A DNA stretch of 64,000 nucleotides from Oscillospiraceae bacterium (GCA_017536405.1 JAFXHL010000026.1:9036-73035), one strand, 5' to 3'; counted from the stretch's first letter, positions 36,242-46,854 are shown. Numbers and translations are program-made. The notes: generated from the sequence alone by a model not told the origin.

Positions 36242-37120
36242 TTATCTCTGTTCATCTGCGGATTTTTTCTTTCCGCCGCCCTTACGCTTGTCGACTTCTG
36301 TCTTGGGAAGCATCATTTCGAGCTTTTCCTGAACATATCTGGGGTTAGCGCCCGAAACTATCGCAAGCGCGCCTTCTTCAACTATCTGCATACATAAAAG
36401 TTCCTGTTCGTGATTGTATTTACAGAGTGAACCTATAGGAGTAAACAATACATTCGCAAGGAAGCTTCCGTAAAGTGTTGTAACAAGGGCTACTGACATC
36501 GCCGCACCAAGTCCTGATGCGGAAGCAGAGTTTGAAGGGTCCATTGATTTAAGCATATTGATAAGACCAACGAGTGTTCCGAGCATTCCGAATGCGGGAG
36601 CTACCGCTGAACCACGGGTAAAGAATGCTATATTCGCTTCGTGTCTTTCACACATAAAATCAATGCTGTCATCAAGCATCTGTCTTACCTTGTCGCTGTC
36701 GTTTGCGTCAACTATAAGCATAAGCGCTGATTTCGTGAAGGGGTCCTTACATGCGTTTGCCGATTCTTCAAGCTGAAGAATACCCTTCATTCTTGCGGTT
36801 TTACAATAATCAACCATTTCGTCGATAACGGCATAAGGGTCATATTTTTTAGGTGCGAATGCTATTTTAAGCATCTTGGGAACGGTTTTGAGAACGCTCC
36901 ATGGAAATCCGAAAATAAGTGCACCGATAGTTCCTCCGACGGTGATTGCAACCGATGTAACGTCCCAGAAGTTGAGAAGCTGTTTAAAGTCAATCATTCC
37001 TGAAACCGTGCCGTCATCGTTGGTAACAGTTGTATATGCCATACCGAGAATTATAACGAGAACGAGCGCTAATACAAGCCCTATTATTCCCGATATGTTG
37101 ATTTTGGTTTTACCGTTCAT
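36242..37120 (-). CDS. motA: Flagellar stator protein MotA
   Basis: 292 aa. MotA/TolQ/ExbB channel region APAFGMLGTLVGLINML. Adjacent to motB. Confidence 0.92.
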   Translation of the reverse strand: MNGKTKINISGIIGLVLALVLVIILGMAYTTVTNDDGTVSGMIDFKQLLNFWDVTSVAITVGGTIGALIFGFPWSVLKTVPKMLKIAFAPKKYDPYAVIDEMVDYCKTARMKGILQLEESANACKDPFTKSALMLIVDANDSDKVRQMLDDSIDFMCERHEANIAFFTRGSAVAPAFGMLGTLVGLINMLKSMDPSNSASASGLGAAMSVALVTTLYGSFLANVLFTPIGSLCKYNHEQELLCMQIVEEGALAIVSGANPRYVQEKLEMMLPKTEVDKRKGGGKKKSADEQR

Positions 37121-37144
37121 CTGATGTCTTCCCTCCGAGTTATT

Positions 37145-37333
37145 TTACTTTGCAGATTTAAAGGATTTCTGATATGCTTTTATCTTTGCCATAATATCTT
37201 CAAGATCTTCTTTAACGATAATCCTCTGACCATTCTGCATGGCGATTATCGTATCGGGAGAACATTCTATCGTTTCGATATAGAACTCATTGAGAAGAAA
37301 TTCATTTCCGTCAAGATGTGTAAGTTTTATCAT
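37145..37333 (-). CDS. flbD: Flagellar protein FlbD
   Basis: 62 aa. MIKLTHLDGNEFLLNEFYIETIE is typical of FlbD. Lies between flgE and motA. Confidence 0.88.
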   Translation of the reverse strand: MIKLTHLDGNEFLLNEFYIETIECSPDTIIAMQNGQRIIVKEDLEDIMAKIKAYQKSFKSAK

Positions 37334-37356
37334 AATATACCTCTTTATCTGTTTAC

Positions 37357-37380
37357 GGGGAGGGAGGAAATTCCCTCCCC
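37357..37380 (-). other. Strong intra-operon stem-loop between flgE and flbD
   Basis: 9-bp GC-rich stem GGGGAGGGA/TCCCTCCCC with a 6-nt loop and no U-tract. Confidence 0.5.
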
Positions 37381-37401
37381 CATAAACTATTCAGATTTTA
37401 A

Positions 37402-38739
37402 TTATCTCTTGAGGTTTACGAGTTCTTCAAGAATAGAGTCTGAAGTTGTTATGATTCTTGAGTTAGCCTGGAAACCTCTCTGTGTTGTGATAAGGTCTGA
37501 GAATTCTGTTGCGAGGTTAACGTTTGACATTTCAAGTGAGCCTGAAACTACTGCGCCTGAGCCTTCGTATCCAGGGATGCAGTACTGAGGTGAACCTGAA
37601 GCGGCACTTTCCTGGAAGTATGATGAACCTGCTTCGTTAAGACCCTGAGGGTTATCGAATGTAGCAAGGTCGATTCTTCCGAAATAGAGCATTCCGTGAA
37701 CAGAATGAACGCCTACGAGTGTACCGTCGCCACTGATATAGAAGCTTGAAAGGTCAGCGAATGACTGTTCTTCGATTTCACTTTCCATAGCGAGCGCGCC
37801 GCCTGTGAGCTTAGCGATAGCGTCTTTCTGTAAAGCCTTGTTGTCTTCGGCTGAAAGTGTTCCCGAAGCTTCTGATGTATCGAGCATGAATGAAACCTTT
37901 CCGCCCTTGAATGTATCTTCTGTGAAAACGGGAGCGCCGTTTGCGTCAAGAAGCTTGGGGCTTCCGAGTTCGGCTTCGATTGCCTGATTTACTCTGTCCT
38001 GAAGATCGCCTATTGTTCCGCCGTTATTTATCTTCGCCATATCATTATCACTGATATTGATTGTGAGAGTTGCGGGGTTTGCTGTTGCGTCATAAGCAGT
38101 AACGGCTGTCTTGTTTCCGCCTGTTGTGATTGTGAGGGTAATGTCTGTCTGGTCGCCTGCCAAGAAGCCTGCTTTAACAGTAACGCCTGTAACGTTGTTA
38201 GGGCCTACCGCGTCAAGTGCTATGGGGTCTGTCTGTGCAACATGAACATCGGGAACTTTAATGTTTATCTTTGAGTTGCCTGCTGTGGGTGACATAGCAG
38301 CGAGGCTTGTTGCGTCATAGTTCTGTGTACCGAGAACGAAATAACCCTTTGAGTCAACGAGGTTACCTTCTGAGTCAACGTTCATCATACCTGCTCTTGT
38401 AAAGAACTTATTACCTGTCTTATCCTGAACCTGAATAAATCCTTCGCCTGAAATAGCAACGTCAAGTGTGTTTGATGTTGAAGCGAATGCAGACTGGCTC
38501 ATCATCTTGTCGATACTTGAAACAGTTGAGCCGTAACCTATCTGTGATGAGTTGATACCGCCCTGTTCGAGTGTTGCGCCTGTTGCCGCTTTTGTTGTCT
38601 GATAGTAAACGTCACTGAAAGTAACGCGGCTTGATTTGAATCCGTATGTATTAACGTTCGCGATGTTGTTACCTATAACGTCGAGTTTTGTCTGGTGAGA
38701 AGTAAGGCCGGCAACGCCTGAGAATAATGATCTTAACAT
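37402..38739 (-). CDS. flgE: Flagellar hook protein FlgE
   Basis: MLRSLFSGVAGLTSHQTKLDVIGNNIANVNTYGFK N-terminus and C-terminal LEMSNVNLATEFSDLITTQRGFQANSR. The ATG at 38739 has an AAGGAG RBS; the track start at 38838 does not. Confidence 0.95.
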   Translation of the reverse strand: MLRSLFSGVAGLTSHQTKLDVIGNNIANVNTYGFKSSRVTFSDVYYQTTKAATGATLEQGGINSSQIGYGSTVSSIDKMMSQSAFASTSNTLDVAISGEGFIQVQDKTGNKFFTRAGMMNVDSEGNLVDSKGYFVLGTQNYDATSLAAMSPTAGNSKINIKVPDVHVAQTDPIALDAVGPNNVTGVTVKAGFLAGDQTDITLTITTGGNKTAVTAYDATANPATLTINISDNDMAKINNGGTIGDLQDRVNQAIEAELGSPKLLDANGAPVFTEDTFKGGKVSFMLDTSEASGTLSAEDNKALQKDAIAKLTGGALAMESEIEEQSFADLSSFYISGDGTLVGVHSVHGMLYFGRIDLATFDNPQGLNEAGSSYFQESAASGSPQYCIPGYEGSGAVVSGSLEMSNVNLATEFSDLITTQRGFQANSRIITTSDSILEELVNLKR

Positions 38740-38849
38740 ATTATGCACTCCTTTTAAAATAATAAAGTATTTTGGGTTACCAACCGCCATATATGGTCTG
38801 TAAAGATATTCGACCTTTACAGTAAGCATCTTTTTCAAGTCCTGCCTTT

Positions 38850-39248
38850 TTACATAATAACGGTTGAATCAATGTTTGTGAAAATGTTTCCCTGCATATC
38901 CTCTTCGGATAATGTTGTTATAACCTTATTGTTTTTTACCGAGACCACGAACGCCGTTTCATCGAGAAGAACGAGAGTGTCCCTTGAGCCTTTTTCCTGT
39001 GCGACTTCAACAGCCTTATTGAGTCTTTCAAGCATATCGCTTTCGCTTAAATCGATGTTTCTGTCTTCAAGCCTTTCGATTGCGTGTTTTGAGAACTCAA
39101 CACCACCGGGATTTTCTGAAAGCTTTTCTTTCAGCTTTTCCGCAAACGGACTGTTTTTCACATCTTCCGTTGCCTGAGGCATCTGGACTGCATTCCCCGT
39201 TGTGACCTGAGAAACGCCCCTTGATCTCAAATATTCATTTATAAGCAT
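38850..39248 (-). CDS. Flagellar operon protein (TIGR02530-like, follows flgD)
   Basis: 132 aa. FSKHAIERLEDRNIDL..FVVSVKNNKVITTL matches my memory of this small family. Conserved position between flgD and flgE. Confidence 0.75.
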   Translation of the reverse strand: MLINEYLRSRGVSQVTTGNAVQMPQATEDVKNSPFAEKLKEKLSENPGGVEFSKHAIERLEDRNIDLSESDMLERLNKAVEVAQEKGSRDTLVLLDETAFVVSVKNNKVITTLSEEDMQGNIFTNIDSTVIM

Positions 39249-39272
39249 TTTTTACCTCTCTCAAAAGGGATT

Positions 39273-39809
39273 TCAGACTGTTTCAAAGAGTGATGTATCC
39301 TCTAAAATATCGGAAAATTCGTCTTCGATAACATCAGCGCTTGCTTCGCCCGAGAAACTGTTGTCGGGGTTTGTCTGATATGCTTCGTCAACGCCTATAA
39401 CCTGTGAAAGTTTATATTTTTCGTTGTTGACAAGAACATAGTAGTCTTCGCCCTGCTTGAAAACGCTTGTAACAAGACCCTGGTCTGCAACATTTACTGA
39501 ATCTTGTGTGACTGTTCCTACCTTGACTGCTTTTCCGAGAAGTGATGTTGCGTAATTGCCCTGTGCATACAGAAGATTCTGTTGCTGTGCTTCAAGGGCT
39601 GAGAACTGTGCCATCTGTGCGATGAATTCTGTATCACTCTGAGGATTGTTGAAATCCTGATTTTTAAGCTGTTCAACCATAAGATTTAAAAAGTCCATCT
39701 GTCCTAAGGACTGTGTGGGGTCTTTAGCGAAATTGTCTTTATACTTCTCATAGTTACTTGCTATCTGTTCCGCCGATGATGTATACATTCCGTTTACGCT
39801 TTCTGCCAT
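39273..39809 (-). CDS. flgD: Flagellar hook capping/assembly protein FlgD
   Basis: 178 aa. LGQMDFLNLMVEQLKNQDFNNPQSDTEFIAQMAQFSALE is the FlgD signature. Confidence 0.93.
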   Translation of the reverse strand: MAESVNGMYTSSAEQIASNYEKYKDNFAKDPTQSLGQMDFLNLMVEQLKNQDFNNPQSDTEFIAQMAQFSALEAQQQNLLYAQGNYATSLLGKAVKVGTVTQDSVNVADQGLVTSVFKQGEDYYVLVNNEKYKLSQVIGVDEAYQTNPDNSFSGEASADVIEDEFSDILEDTSLFETV

Positions 39810-41410
39810 AATCTGCTGACTCCTTTCATAGAATCTGTTTCGTTTGTTTCAGAAATTTCTTCAACTGCTTCATTGCTGTTGTAGTTTCCGTTATCCGACT
39901 GTTGCTGTGTATTTCCGCCGTTGCCGAACATAAGGTTTGCCTGCATTTCTGCTGACTGTGAAATTTCTTCAACTGTGATTTCTCTTACAGAATTATTGAT
40001 TTCTGTGAGACTCTGCATAAGAGAAGGAAGTCTTTCACGGAGAATAGCCTGTGTTTCTTCACTTTCAGCCGCTATTCTTATGATGATATCGCCGCCCTGA
40101 TTTGTGAGTCTTACTGAAATTCTGCCAAGATTTTCGGGGTTGAGAACGAGATTGATGTCCTCTTCTGAGTTGACTGTGAGTCTTCCCATGATTTCCTGTG
40201 TTGCTGTTATAACCTGTCTCTGAACCGACATCATTGTCGCTTCGTCAAAGTTCGCTACATTGCCGAAATTCTGGATGTTCTGCTGTGAGATTGATGAAAC
40301 TGCGATTTCTTCAAGCTCTGATGTGCTTCTTGTGAAACCTGTCGATGTTGTTGAAAAACCGTTTCTTGATAAAAGGTCAACCATTTCTGCGGGTGATTCA
40401 AGATGTTCTTCTGATGTGTCATCTTCGTTTTCATCTGTTGTAGTTTCTGTTTCGCCTGAAATTTCAGGAGTTTCGGGAACTTCGGGTTCTTCGGGAACCT
40501 CGGGAGTTTCAGGAACTTCGGGAGTCTCAGGAACTTCGGGTGTCTCGGGAACTTCGGGTGTCTCGGGAACTTCGGGAGTTTCGGGAACTTCGGGAGTTTC
40601 AGGAACCTCGGGTGTTTCGGGAACCTCGGGTGTTTCAGGAACTTCGGGTTCTTCAGGAACTTCGGGTGTTTCAGGAACTTCGGGTGTTTCAGGAATTTCA
40701 GGGATTTCGGGAATTTCTCCTTCAGGGTTTTCACCTTCGGGGTTTTCCATCATTCCTGCGTCAACCTTTGCCATTATGGATGCTATCTCCTGCATTGCTT
40801 CGAGCATATCTTCAAGAGACATTTCTTTTCCGTCTGCTGAAACTGTACCGTATTCGTTTGTGGGTGCAACTTCAACCTTTGCGGATACTTCAAGAAGCAT
40901 AGGGATGATTGTTTCCATAAGGTCTTCTGCGTCAGAATCGCCTTCTTTCTTGAGTTTAAGAAGGGTTTCTCTTACAGCGGCATAGGGGTCTTCGATCTGT
41001 CCTGCGTCTGAGGGGAAAAGTCTGTCAAGAAGACTCTGCATAGCGCCTGCGTTTCCTTCATCTGCTATTTCCTTTTCGAGAACATCGATAAAACCTAAAA
41101 TGATTTCTTCAAATTCGGCCTTATCCTTTTCATCGAGGATAGCATATGAATCAGCGAAATCAACGCCGTATTCTTCTCCCTCAAAGACATCCTTTATTGT
41201 CTTTTTGAGAGTAGATGAAACTTCCTTATCCTTTGAGATAGGTGTGTCATCCTTGGGGGCTGTGTTTCCCATCGCCTTTTTTGACGCTGAATTCACTTTG
41301 TCAAGAAGAGTGTCATAAAACTTTTCGTCAACGACTTCCTTGTTGTTTTCTCCTGCATACCAGGGTGTGAATTCTCTGACCTTTTTTTCTACTACCTCTA
41401 ATTCTGCCAT
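39794..41410 (-). CDS. fliK: Flagellar hook-length control protein FliK with a PEVPET tandem array
   Basis: 538 aa. C-terminal Flg_hook-like domain ([48 protein letters not shown]). The central repeat maps to 40460..40747. 16-nt overlap with flgD. Confidence 0.88.
   Translation of the reverse strand: MAELEVVEKKVREFTPWYAGENNKEVVDEKFYDTLLDKVNSASKKAMGNTAPKDDTPISKDKEVSSTLKKTIKDVFEGEEYGVDFADSYAILDEKDKAEFEEIILGFIDVLEKEIADEGNAGAMQSLLDRLFPSDAGQIEDPYAAVRETLLKLKKEGDSDAEDLMETIIPMLLEVSAKVEVAPTNEYGTVSADGKEMSLEDMLEAMQEIASIMAKVDAGMMENPEGENPEGEIPEIPEIPETPEVPETPEVPEEPEVPETPEVPETPEVPETPEVPETPEVPETPEVPETPEVPETPEVPETPEVPEEPEVPETPEISGETETTTDENEDDTSEEHLESPAEMVDLLSRNGFSTTSTGFTRSTSELEEIAVSSISQQNIQNFGNVANFDEATMMSVQRQVITATQEIMGRLTVNSEEDINLVLNPENLGRISVRLTNQGGDIIIRIAAESEETQAILRERLPSLMQSLTEINNSVREITVEEISQSAEMQANLMFGNGGNTQQQSDNGNYNSNEAVEEISETNETDSMKGVSRLWQKA
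40460..40747 (-). repeat. 18-nt (6-aa) in-frame tandem repeat inside fliK
   Basis: aa 222..317 read [39 protein letters not shown](PEVPET)n..PEISGE. The DNA units vary at synonymous positions. Confidence 0.9.
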
Positions 41411-41472
41411 ACTGCATTCACTCCTTTCATATTATAAAATGTATATATAAAGCATTCGCTTTATACCAAGAT

Positions 41473-41916
41473 TTAATTGCCGTAATGACGGCGGTTTCCT
41501 ACATATTCGTCGATAAAGGCTTCATCTGCCTTTCTCTCTTTGAATCTGTATTCATCGAGTTGTTTTTCTTCTAACTTTTCTAATGTCTGAACCTCTCTCG
41601 ATGCTTCTGTAACGACTATCAGCTGTTTGTTTATCTTCGCTGTCATAATGCTTATTTCTTTATCCTTTGCCTTTATGCTGTCAAGGATATAGCTTATAAA
41701 TCCCTTTTCGGTGACCATTTCCATCGCGGTCATTCCCTTTTCGGATTTTCTTATGAACTCTGCGTTTCTGCGGTCAAGCTCTTTTAAAAGTTCTTCCTTT
41801 TCGTGAAGTTTTTCAAGCTGTTCAGCGCGAAGCGATGCCAATGTATTTTCTTCACGTTTTTTTATCTGCTCTTTATAACTTTTCAGTTTATCGAGCGAGA
41901 ATTTAAACTTCTTCAA
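41473..41916 (-). CDS. fliJ: Flagellar export chaperone FliJ
   Basis: 147 aa coiled coil, MKKFKFSLDKLKSYKEQ. Position after fliI. Confidence 0.85.
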   Translation of the reverse strand: MKKFKFSLDKLKSYKEQIKKREENTLASLRAEQLEKLHEKEELLKELDRRNAEFIRKSEKGMTAMEMVTEKGFISYILDSIKAKDKEISIMTAKINKQLIVVTEASREVQTLEKLEEKQLDEYRFKERKADEAFIDEYVGNRRHYGN

Positions 41917-41918
41917 TC

Positions 41919-43226
41919 TTATCCGACCGCCTCTTTAAGCATCTTTACTGTATCGTCAAATTCAAATGAATCGTCAATCTCCTGCGTTAAAAATCCGTTT
42001 ATCCTGTCGATTTTCATTATCGCCTCATCAAGCGCCTTGTTAGAGCCTTTTTTATAAGCACCTATTGAAATAAGGTCGAAATTGTCTTCATATAAAGAGA
42101 GAAGATTTCTAAGCCTTGAAGCCGCCTGTTTCTGTTCCTTAGAAGCGATTTCATTCATAAGTCTTGAAACGCTTCCCAGAACATCGATAGCGGGATAATG
42201 GTTTTTCGCCGCAACCTTTCTCGAAAGGATTATATGTCCGTCGATAATACCGCGGACTGTATCCGAGATAGGTTCGTTTGTATCGTCACCCTCAACGAGA
42301 ACTGTATATATCCCCGTTATAGAGCCTTTTTCAAAGTTTCCTGCCCTTTCGAGTAGTTTGGGCATTGTTGTATATATTGAGGGAGTATATCCTCTCGCTA
42401 TGGGTGCTTCGCCCGTTGCAAGACCTATCTCTCTCTGTGCCATGGCGTAACGCGTCAGACTATCCATCATCAAAAGAACATTAAGTCCCTTATCCTTGAA
42501 ATATTCTGCTATCGCCGTTGCTGTCATGGGGCATTTGTTTCTCATCATGGCGGGCTGGTCTGATGTTGCGACAACGAGAACAGAACGCGCCATTCCTTTT
42601 GGGCCTAAATCCCTCTGGATGAATTCTAAAACTTCTCTTCCTCGTTCACCGACAAGAGCGATGACGTTTATATCCGCCTTTACTTCTCTTGCAATCATTC
42701 CCATAAGGGTTGATTTCCCGACGCCTGACCCTGCGAAAATTCCCATTCGCTGACCTCTGCCGATTGTGAGCATTCCGTCAATGGCTTTAACGCCTAAGGG
42801 AAGAATGTCTTTTATAGCGGGGCGGGTAAGAGGGTTTACGGGTTCTCCTGCTATGTTTCGTTTTTCTCCTTTTGGAATTGGTCCTTTATCATCAAGGGGG
42901 TCGCCTACCGCGTCAATAATTCTGCCGACCAATGCGTCTGTGCAGTTGACGGAAAGTTTATCCCCCGTTGAGTCTACTATACTCCCCGGGCCTATACCTT
43001 CAATGTCGGCATAGGGCATAAGGATTATCTTGTTGTCAGAAAAGCCCGTTACTTCGGCAAATATGTATTTGTCACTCTCACCTTTGAGGTAGATTCGGCA
43101 TATATCGCCAAGGTTACATTCAGGGCCCGAGGCTTCAATAGTCATACCGATTATCTTTTCGATTTTTCCCATTCTGCGATAAAAATTCGCATTGTCAACC
43201 GTTTTTCTGAAATCGGAAAGTTCCAT
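41919..43226 (-). CDS. fliI: Flagellum-specific ATPase FliI
   Basis: 435 aa. Walker A GSGVGKST and F1/T3SS ATPase core. Confidence 0.97.
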   Translation of the reverse strand: MELSDFRKTVDNANFYRRMGKIEKIIGMTIEASGPECNLGDICRIYLKGESDKYIFAEVTGFSDNKIILMPYADIEGIGPGSIVDSTGDKLSVNCTDALVGRIIDAVGDPLDDKGPIPKGEKRNIAGEPVNPLTRPAIKDILPLGVKAIDGMLTIGRGQRMGIFAGSGVGKSTLMGMIAREVKADINVIALVGERGREVLEFIQRDLGPKGMARSVLVVATSDQPAMMRNKCPMTATAIAEYFKDKGLNVLLMMDSLTRYAMAQREIGLATGEAPIARGYTPSIYTTMPKLLERAGNFEKGSITGIYTVLVEGDDTNEPISDTVRGIIDGHIILSRKVAAKNHYPAIDVLGSVSRLMNEIASKEQKQAASRLRNLLSLYEDNFDLISIGAYKKGSNKALDEAIMKIDRINGFLTQEIDDSFEFDDTVKMLKEAVG

Positions 43227-44099
43227 TTAATCCTCCGTTTTTCTGATTCTGCTGTTTTCCATAATTTCTTTCAGAAAATCAAGCTGAGTAGGAACAGATG
43301 CGTCTATAATCTCGCTTCCGTTGTCGAGAACAACCGTTCCCGTCTTTGCGTTTTCGAGAATTTCAATCTCAATATCGGGGATGCCCTTTATAAGAGATTT
43401 CAAGTAGTCGATATCTGCCGTTGCTTCTGCGGAAATATCCGCTGCGGCAAGAGAAATTTTTACTCTCTCTGAATTTCTGAAATCCTTTGCGGCATTCGCC
43501 GCTATATTTGCTATAACCGACTTATCTTCCGAAAGTTTTGTTGCTATGAGCTTTTCAGCAAGAAAACAAGCCGTTTCGATAAGTTCGTCCTTATGTGAAA
43601 TGTAATATGCTTCTTTCTGCGCTGTCGCCTGTGAAACAAGTTCCGCCGCTGCCGAAAGATATTTTTCCGCTGTCGCCTTTGATTTCTCTTTCCCCTCGGA
43701 GTATCCCTTTTCAGCGGCCGTTTTTCTTATGATTTCAGCGTCAGCCTCGGCATTCTTTATCGTTTCTTCAAAAAGCGCCTTCGACTTTTCTTCCGCTTCT
43801 TTCATAAGCCTTTCATATTCAGAATTTAAAAACTGTTCTTTTTCTGAAAGTTCGGTTTCTTTCTGATTTAAAAGTTCTTCCTTTTCAGAAAGCTCTCTCA
43901 AAGCTATCTCCTGTGGGGTTTCAGAGGGTTCGAAAACTATGTCTGTAACATCCTCAGCGACAAATTCTCTGAAAACATTGTCGCCTTCTGTTTCTTCAGC
44001 GGAAATTTCCTTCTGCTTTATAACGACCGTATTATCAATAGCGACGGGTTCGGGTTCATACCCTAAGTTAAGATTGGTCGATTTAATTACCCTAAGCAA
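43227..44099 (-). CDS. fliH: Flagellar assembly protein FliH
   Basis: 290 aa, charged coiled-coil N-half. Position between fliG and fliI. Confidence 0.8.
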   Translation of the reverse strand: MLRVIKSTNLNLGYEPEPVAIDNTVVIKQKEISAEETEGDNVFREFVAEDVTDIVFEPSETPQEIALRELSEKEELLNQKETELSEKEQFLNSEYERLMKEAEEKSKALFEETIKNAEADAEIIRKTAAEKGYSEGKEKSKATAEKYLSAAAELVSQATAQKEAYYISHKDELIETACFLAEKLIATKLSEDKSVIANIAANAAKDFRNSERVKISLAAADISAEATADIDYLKSLIKGIPDIEIEILENAKTGTVVLDNGSEIIDASVPTQLDFLKEIMENSRIRKTED

Positions 44100-45207
44100 T
44101 AATCTCGTCTTCCTTTCCGCCCTTGCTTATAACAAGTTCGCCCTCGTCTTCGAGTTTTCTTATGATAGATACGATTCTTGTCTGAACTTCTTCAACATCA
44201 CGCATACGAACATTATGCAGATATTCGATTTCTGACTGGATAGATTCCTGCATTCTCTGAGGCATATTCGCAAAAAGACAAGCGGCAACTTCTGAGTTTG
44301 AACCCTTGATTGCGATAGCAAGGTCTTTCTGGTCGACGTCTCTGATAAAGCGCTGGATAGATGCATCGTCCATAAAAAGAATGTCTTCGAAAACGAACAT
44401 CTTCTGTCTGATTTCGTTTACAAGGTCTGCGTCTCTTGTCATGAGTTCGTCGAAAATGAACTTTTCCGTGCTTCTGTCAACATGGTTAAGAACATCGGCA
44501 ATGTAGTTGATACCACCGATTTCGGTAAGGTCCATAACGAGTGATGAGAACTTCTTTTCAAGGGTTGATTCGATAGCCTTGATAACGTCAGGTGATGTAT
44601 TGTCCATCTTTGCGATTCTTTCAACAACATCAACTCGCTTTTCTCTCGGAAGTTCCGAAAGAACGGCAGATGCCTGGTCGGGATTGACATATGAAAGAAT
44701 GAGCGCGATAGTCTGTGGTGATTCGTTCTGTAAGATAGCGAGTGTATTCTTGTAGTCGGATTTTCTTACAAAGTCGAAAGCCTTTACCTGCATTGAACGC
44801 GAAACCTTATCCATAAGCTGCTTGGCACTTTCCTGACCGTAAGCCTTTTCAAGAACTCCTCTTGCGTAGTCAACACCGCCTTCGGTGATAACTTTCTGTG
44901 TGAGGCAGAGTTCATAGAAATCGTTGAGTATGCCGTCAATAGCACGGATGTCGATGAACTTCGCCTTTGCAACTTCGTAGGTGAGCATTTCAACTTCGTC
45001 GTCGCTTAAATGTTTATAGACTTCTGCGGCGTTGTCCTTTCCGATTGCGGTTATAACAACCGCCGCTCTTTCTATACTTGATATTTTCTGTATCTGTTCT
45101 TTTGTTTCAGCATCAACCGCCTGTCTGCCGATAGGTGTTATCGAGGGAAGTGAAGACGGCACCTGCTGAGCCTGAGGCTGTTGTTTCTGCTGTTCTCTTT
45201 TAGCCAT
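44092..45207 (-). CDS. fliG: Flagellar motor switch protein FliG
   Basis: 371 aa. AAVVITAIGKDNAAEVYKHLSDDE, MFVFEDI, and a C-terminal torque helix region. Gln-rich N-terminal extension of about 40 aa. Confidence 0.95.
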   Translation of the reverse strand: MAKREQQKQQPQAQQVPSSLPSITPIGRQAVDAETKEQIQKISSIERAAVVITAIGKDNAAEVYKHLSDDEVEMLTYEVAKAKFIDIRAIDGILNDFYELCLTQKVITEGGVDYARGVLEKAYGQESAKQLMDKVSRSMQVKAFDFVRKSDYKNTLAILQNESPQTIALILSYVNPDQASAVLSELPREKRVDVVERIAKMDNTSPDVIKAIESTLEKKFSSLVMDLTEIGGINYIADVLNHVDRSTEKFIFDELMTRDADLVNEIRQKMFVFEDILFMDDASIQRFIRDVDQKDLAIAIKGSNSEVAACLFANMPQRMQESIQSEIEYLHNVRMRDVEEVQTRIVSIIRKLEDEGELVISKGGKEDEIIA

Positions 45208-46816
45208 CTCCGTTGCCCTCCTCTCTTATCCAGCTCTTGATAAGCTGTGCAACCATAGCGGGATTCTGATGTGCAAATTCTTCGATTTCTCTCTTGATTG
45301 CTTCTTCTCTTGTTTCAACTTCAGAACGAGCAACAAGTGAGGGAATATTCGTGTCTTCTTCGGGAATACCATAAGCCATCTTCTGAGCCTGATATGCCTT
45401 TCTGAGTTTTGCAATCTTCTTGTCATATGCTCTCTGCTTCTTCTTTACTCTTCCCGAAAGGTTGATGTAAACAAAGAGGAGAACAATGATGAATGCAAGG
45501 ATAGCCGCCATAACAACGAAGTAAACCTGTCTTGACCAGTTGAAAGGATAACCTGTTGTTGATGGGCCGATAACAGGAGTTGTTCCGAACTTTGAAAGGC
45601 TCGCTACACTTACTCTTTCTTCGTAAACGCCTGTCGCTCTCGCTACTACCGAGGTAAGCTCGGCCTTCATATCGTCTGAAAGGAAACCTGTGTCTGTATA
45701 GATCATAACGGAAACCGTGAGGTCGTCAACAGAGAAACCTGCTTTTTCCGTCTGCTGTTTGAGGGTTGTTACAAGGTAGCTTACAGATGATGAGCTGTCA
45801 CTCCATACACTGCTGCTTCCTACATCGCCTGTGGGGTAGGTATCATCTGCGTTTGTTTCAACACCGACGATATCGCCGTCGCCGTTTGTAGCGCCCGATG
45901 AATTGCTGTGGTCTTCGTGCTGGACCATTCCGCTTCCGTCATCATGTGAGGGGCGGTATTCCGTGAGTTCAGAAACCTGCTTGTCATAGTTAAGGTCTGC
46001 ATTGACGGCAACCTTTACATTTTCTTCGCCGTAACCGGGGCCTAAAAGGTCAATAATAGCAAGTCTGAATGTTTCTTCATACTGCTGTTTGAAGAGAAGT
46101 TTCTGTCTTTCGATATTGAGGTTATCGCCCATATTGAGAGCGTTATCTGCTGTTATGTAGTTCAAATCACCGTCTATAATTACGACTGAATCGGGGTCAA
46201 GTCCTGTTACAGCCGCCGCAACGATATTCTGTATTCCCGAAATCTGAGTGGGGGCGAGTGACATTCCGTCACGCAGTGTTACAGAAACCGAAGCCGAAGG
46301 TGTTGCCTTTGAAGAACTGATAACTGTGTTCTTCGTTTCGGGGATATTGAGAGTTACTGCGGCATCCAAAACGCCGTCGTATTTCTTTATAATCTGACCG
46401 AGTCTTTCCTGACTCTGCATTCTCGCGTATTCACGGCGTTCAAAGTCAGTAGAGAAAAGGCTGACATTGTCTGTGAATATCGAGTAGTTCATCGAATTCT
46501 TGGGATATCCTCTCGCCGCAAGTTCTGCGTAGAGGGTGTTTGCCTCTTCCTTGGGGACAGATATCGTTCCCCCCGAAGTAAGTTTAACTTCGATACCCAT
46601 TGTTTCGATTTCGGAATATATTTCAGCCGCTTCAGAGGCCTCAAGCCCTGAATAAAGAACTTCATAGTCGGTATAATTGAGTATCGCGACGATTATTATC
46701 GCAACAACAATTATCCCCGAAGCAGCGCCTATAATCAGGAGTTTCTTCTTTCTGTCCTGTGCTGCCCAGAAGTCTTTAATCGGGGTGATAATCTTTAAAA
46801 TCTGTTCCTTCATCAA
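45200..46816 (-). CDS. fliF: Flagellar MS-ring protein FliF
   Basis: 538 aa with two TM segments flanking a large periplasmic region. 8-nt overlap with fliG. Confidence 0.93.
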   Translation of the reverse strand: MMKEQILKIITPIKDFWAAQDRKKKLLIIGAASGIIVVAIIIVAILNYTDYEVLYSGLEASEAAEIYSEIETMGIEVKLTSGGTISVPKEEANTLYAELAARGYPKNSMNYSIFTDNVSLFSTDFERREYARMQSQERLGQIIKKYDGVLDAAVTLNIPETKNTVISSSKATPSASVSVTLRDGMSLAPTQISGIQNIVAAAVTGLDPDSVVIIDGDLNYITADNALNMGDNLNIERQKLLFKQQYEETFRLAIIDLLGPGYGEENVKVAVNADLNYDKQVSELTEYRPSHDDGSGMVQHEDHSNSSGATNGDGDIVGVETNADDTYPTGDVGSSSVWSDSSSSVSYLVTTLKQQTEKAGFSVDDLTVSVMIYTDTGFLSDDMKAELTSVVARATGVYEERVSVASLSKFGTTPVIGPSTTGYPFNWSRQVYFVVMAAILAFIIVLLFVYINLSGRVKKKQRAYDKKIAKLRKAYQAQKMAYGIPEEDTNIPSLVARSEVETREEAIKREIEEFAHQNPAMVAQLIKSWIREEGNGDG

Positions 46817-46854
46817 GAACTTCCTTCCCGTTTAAAAAACCAGTGTATTATGAA

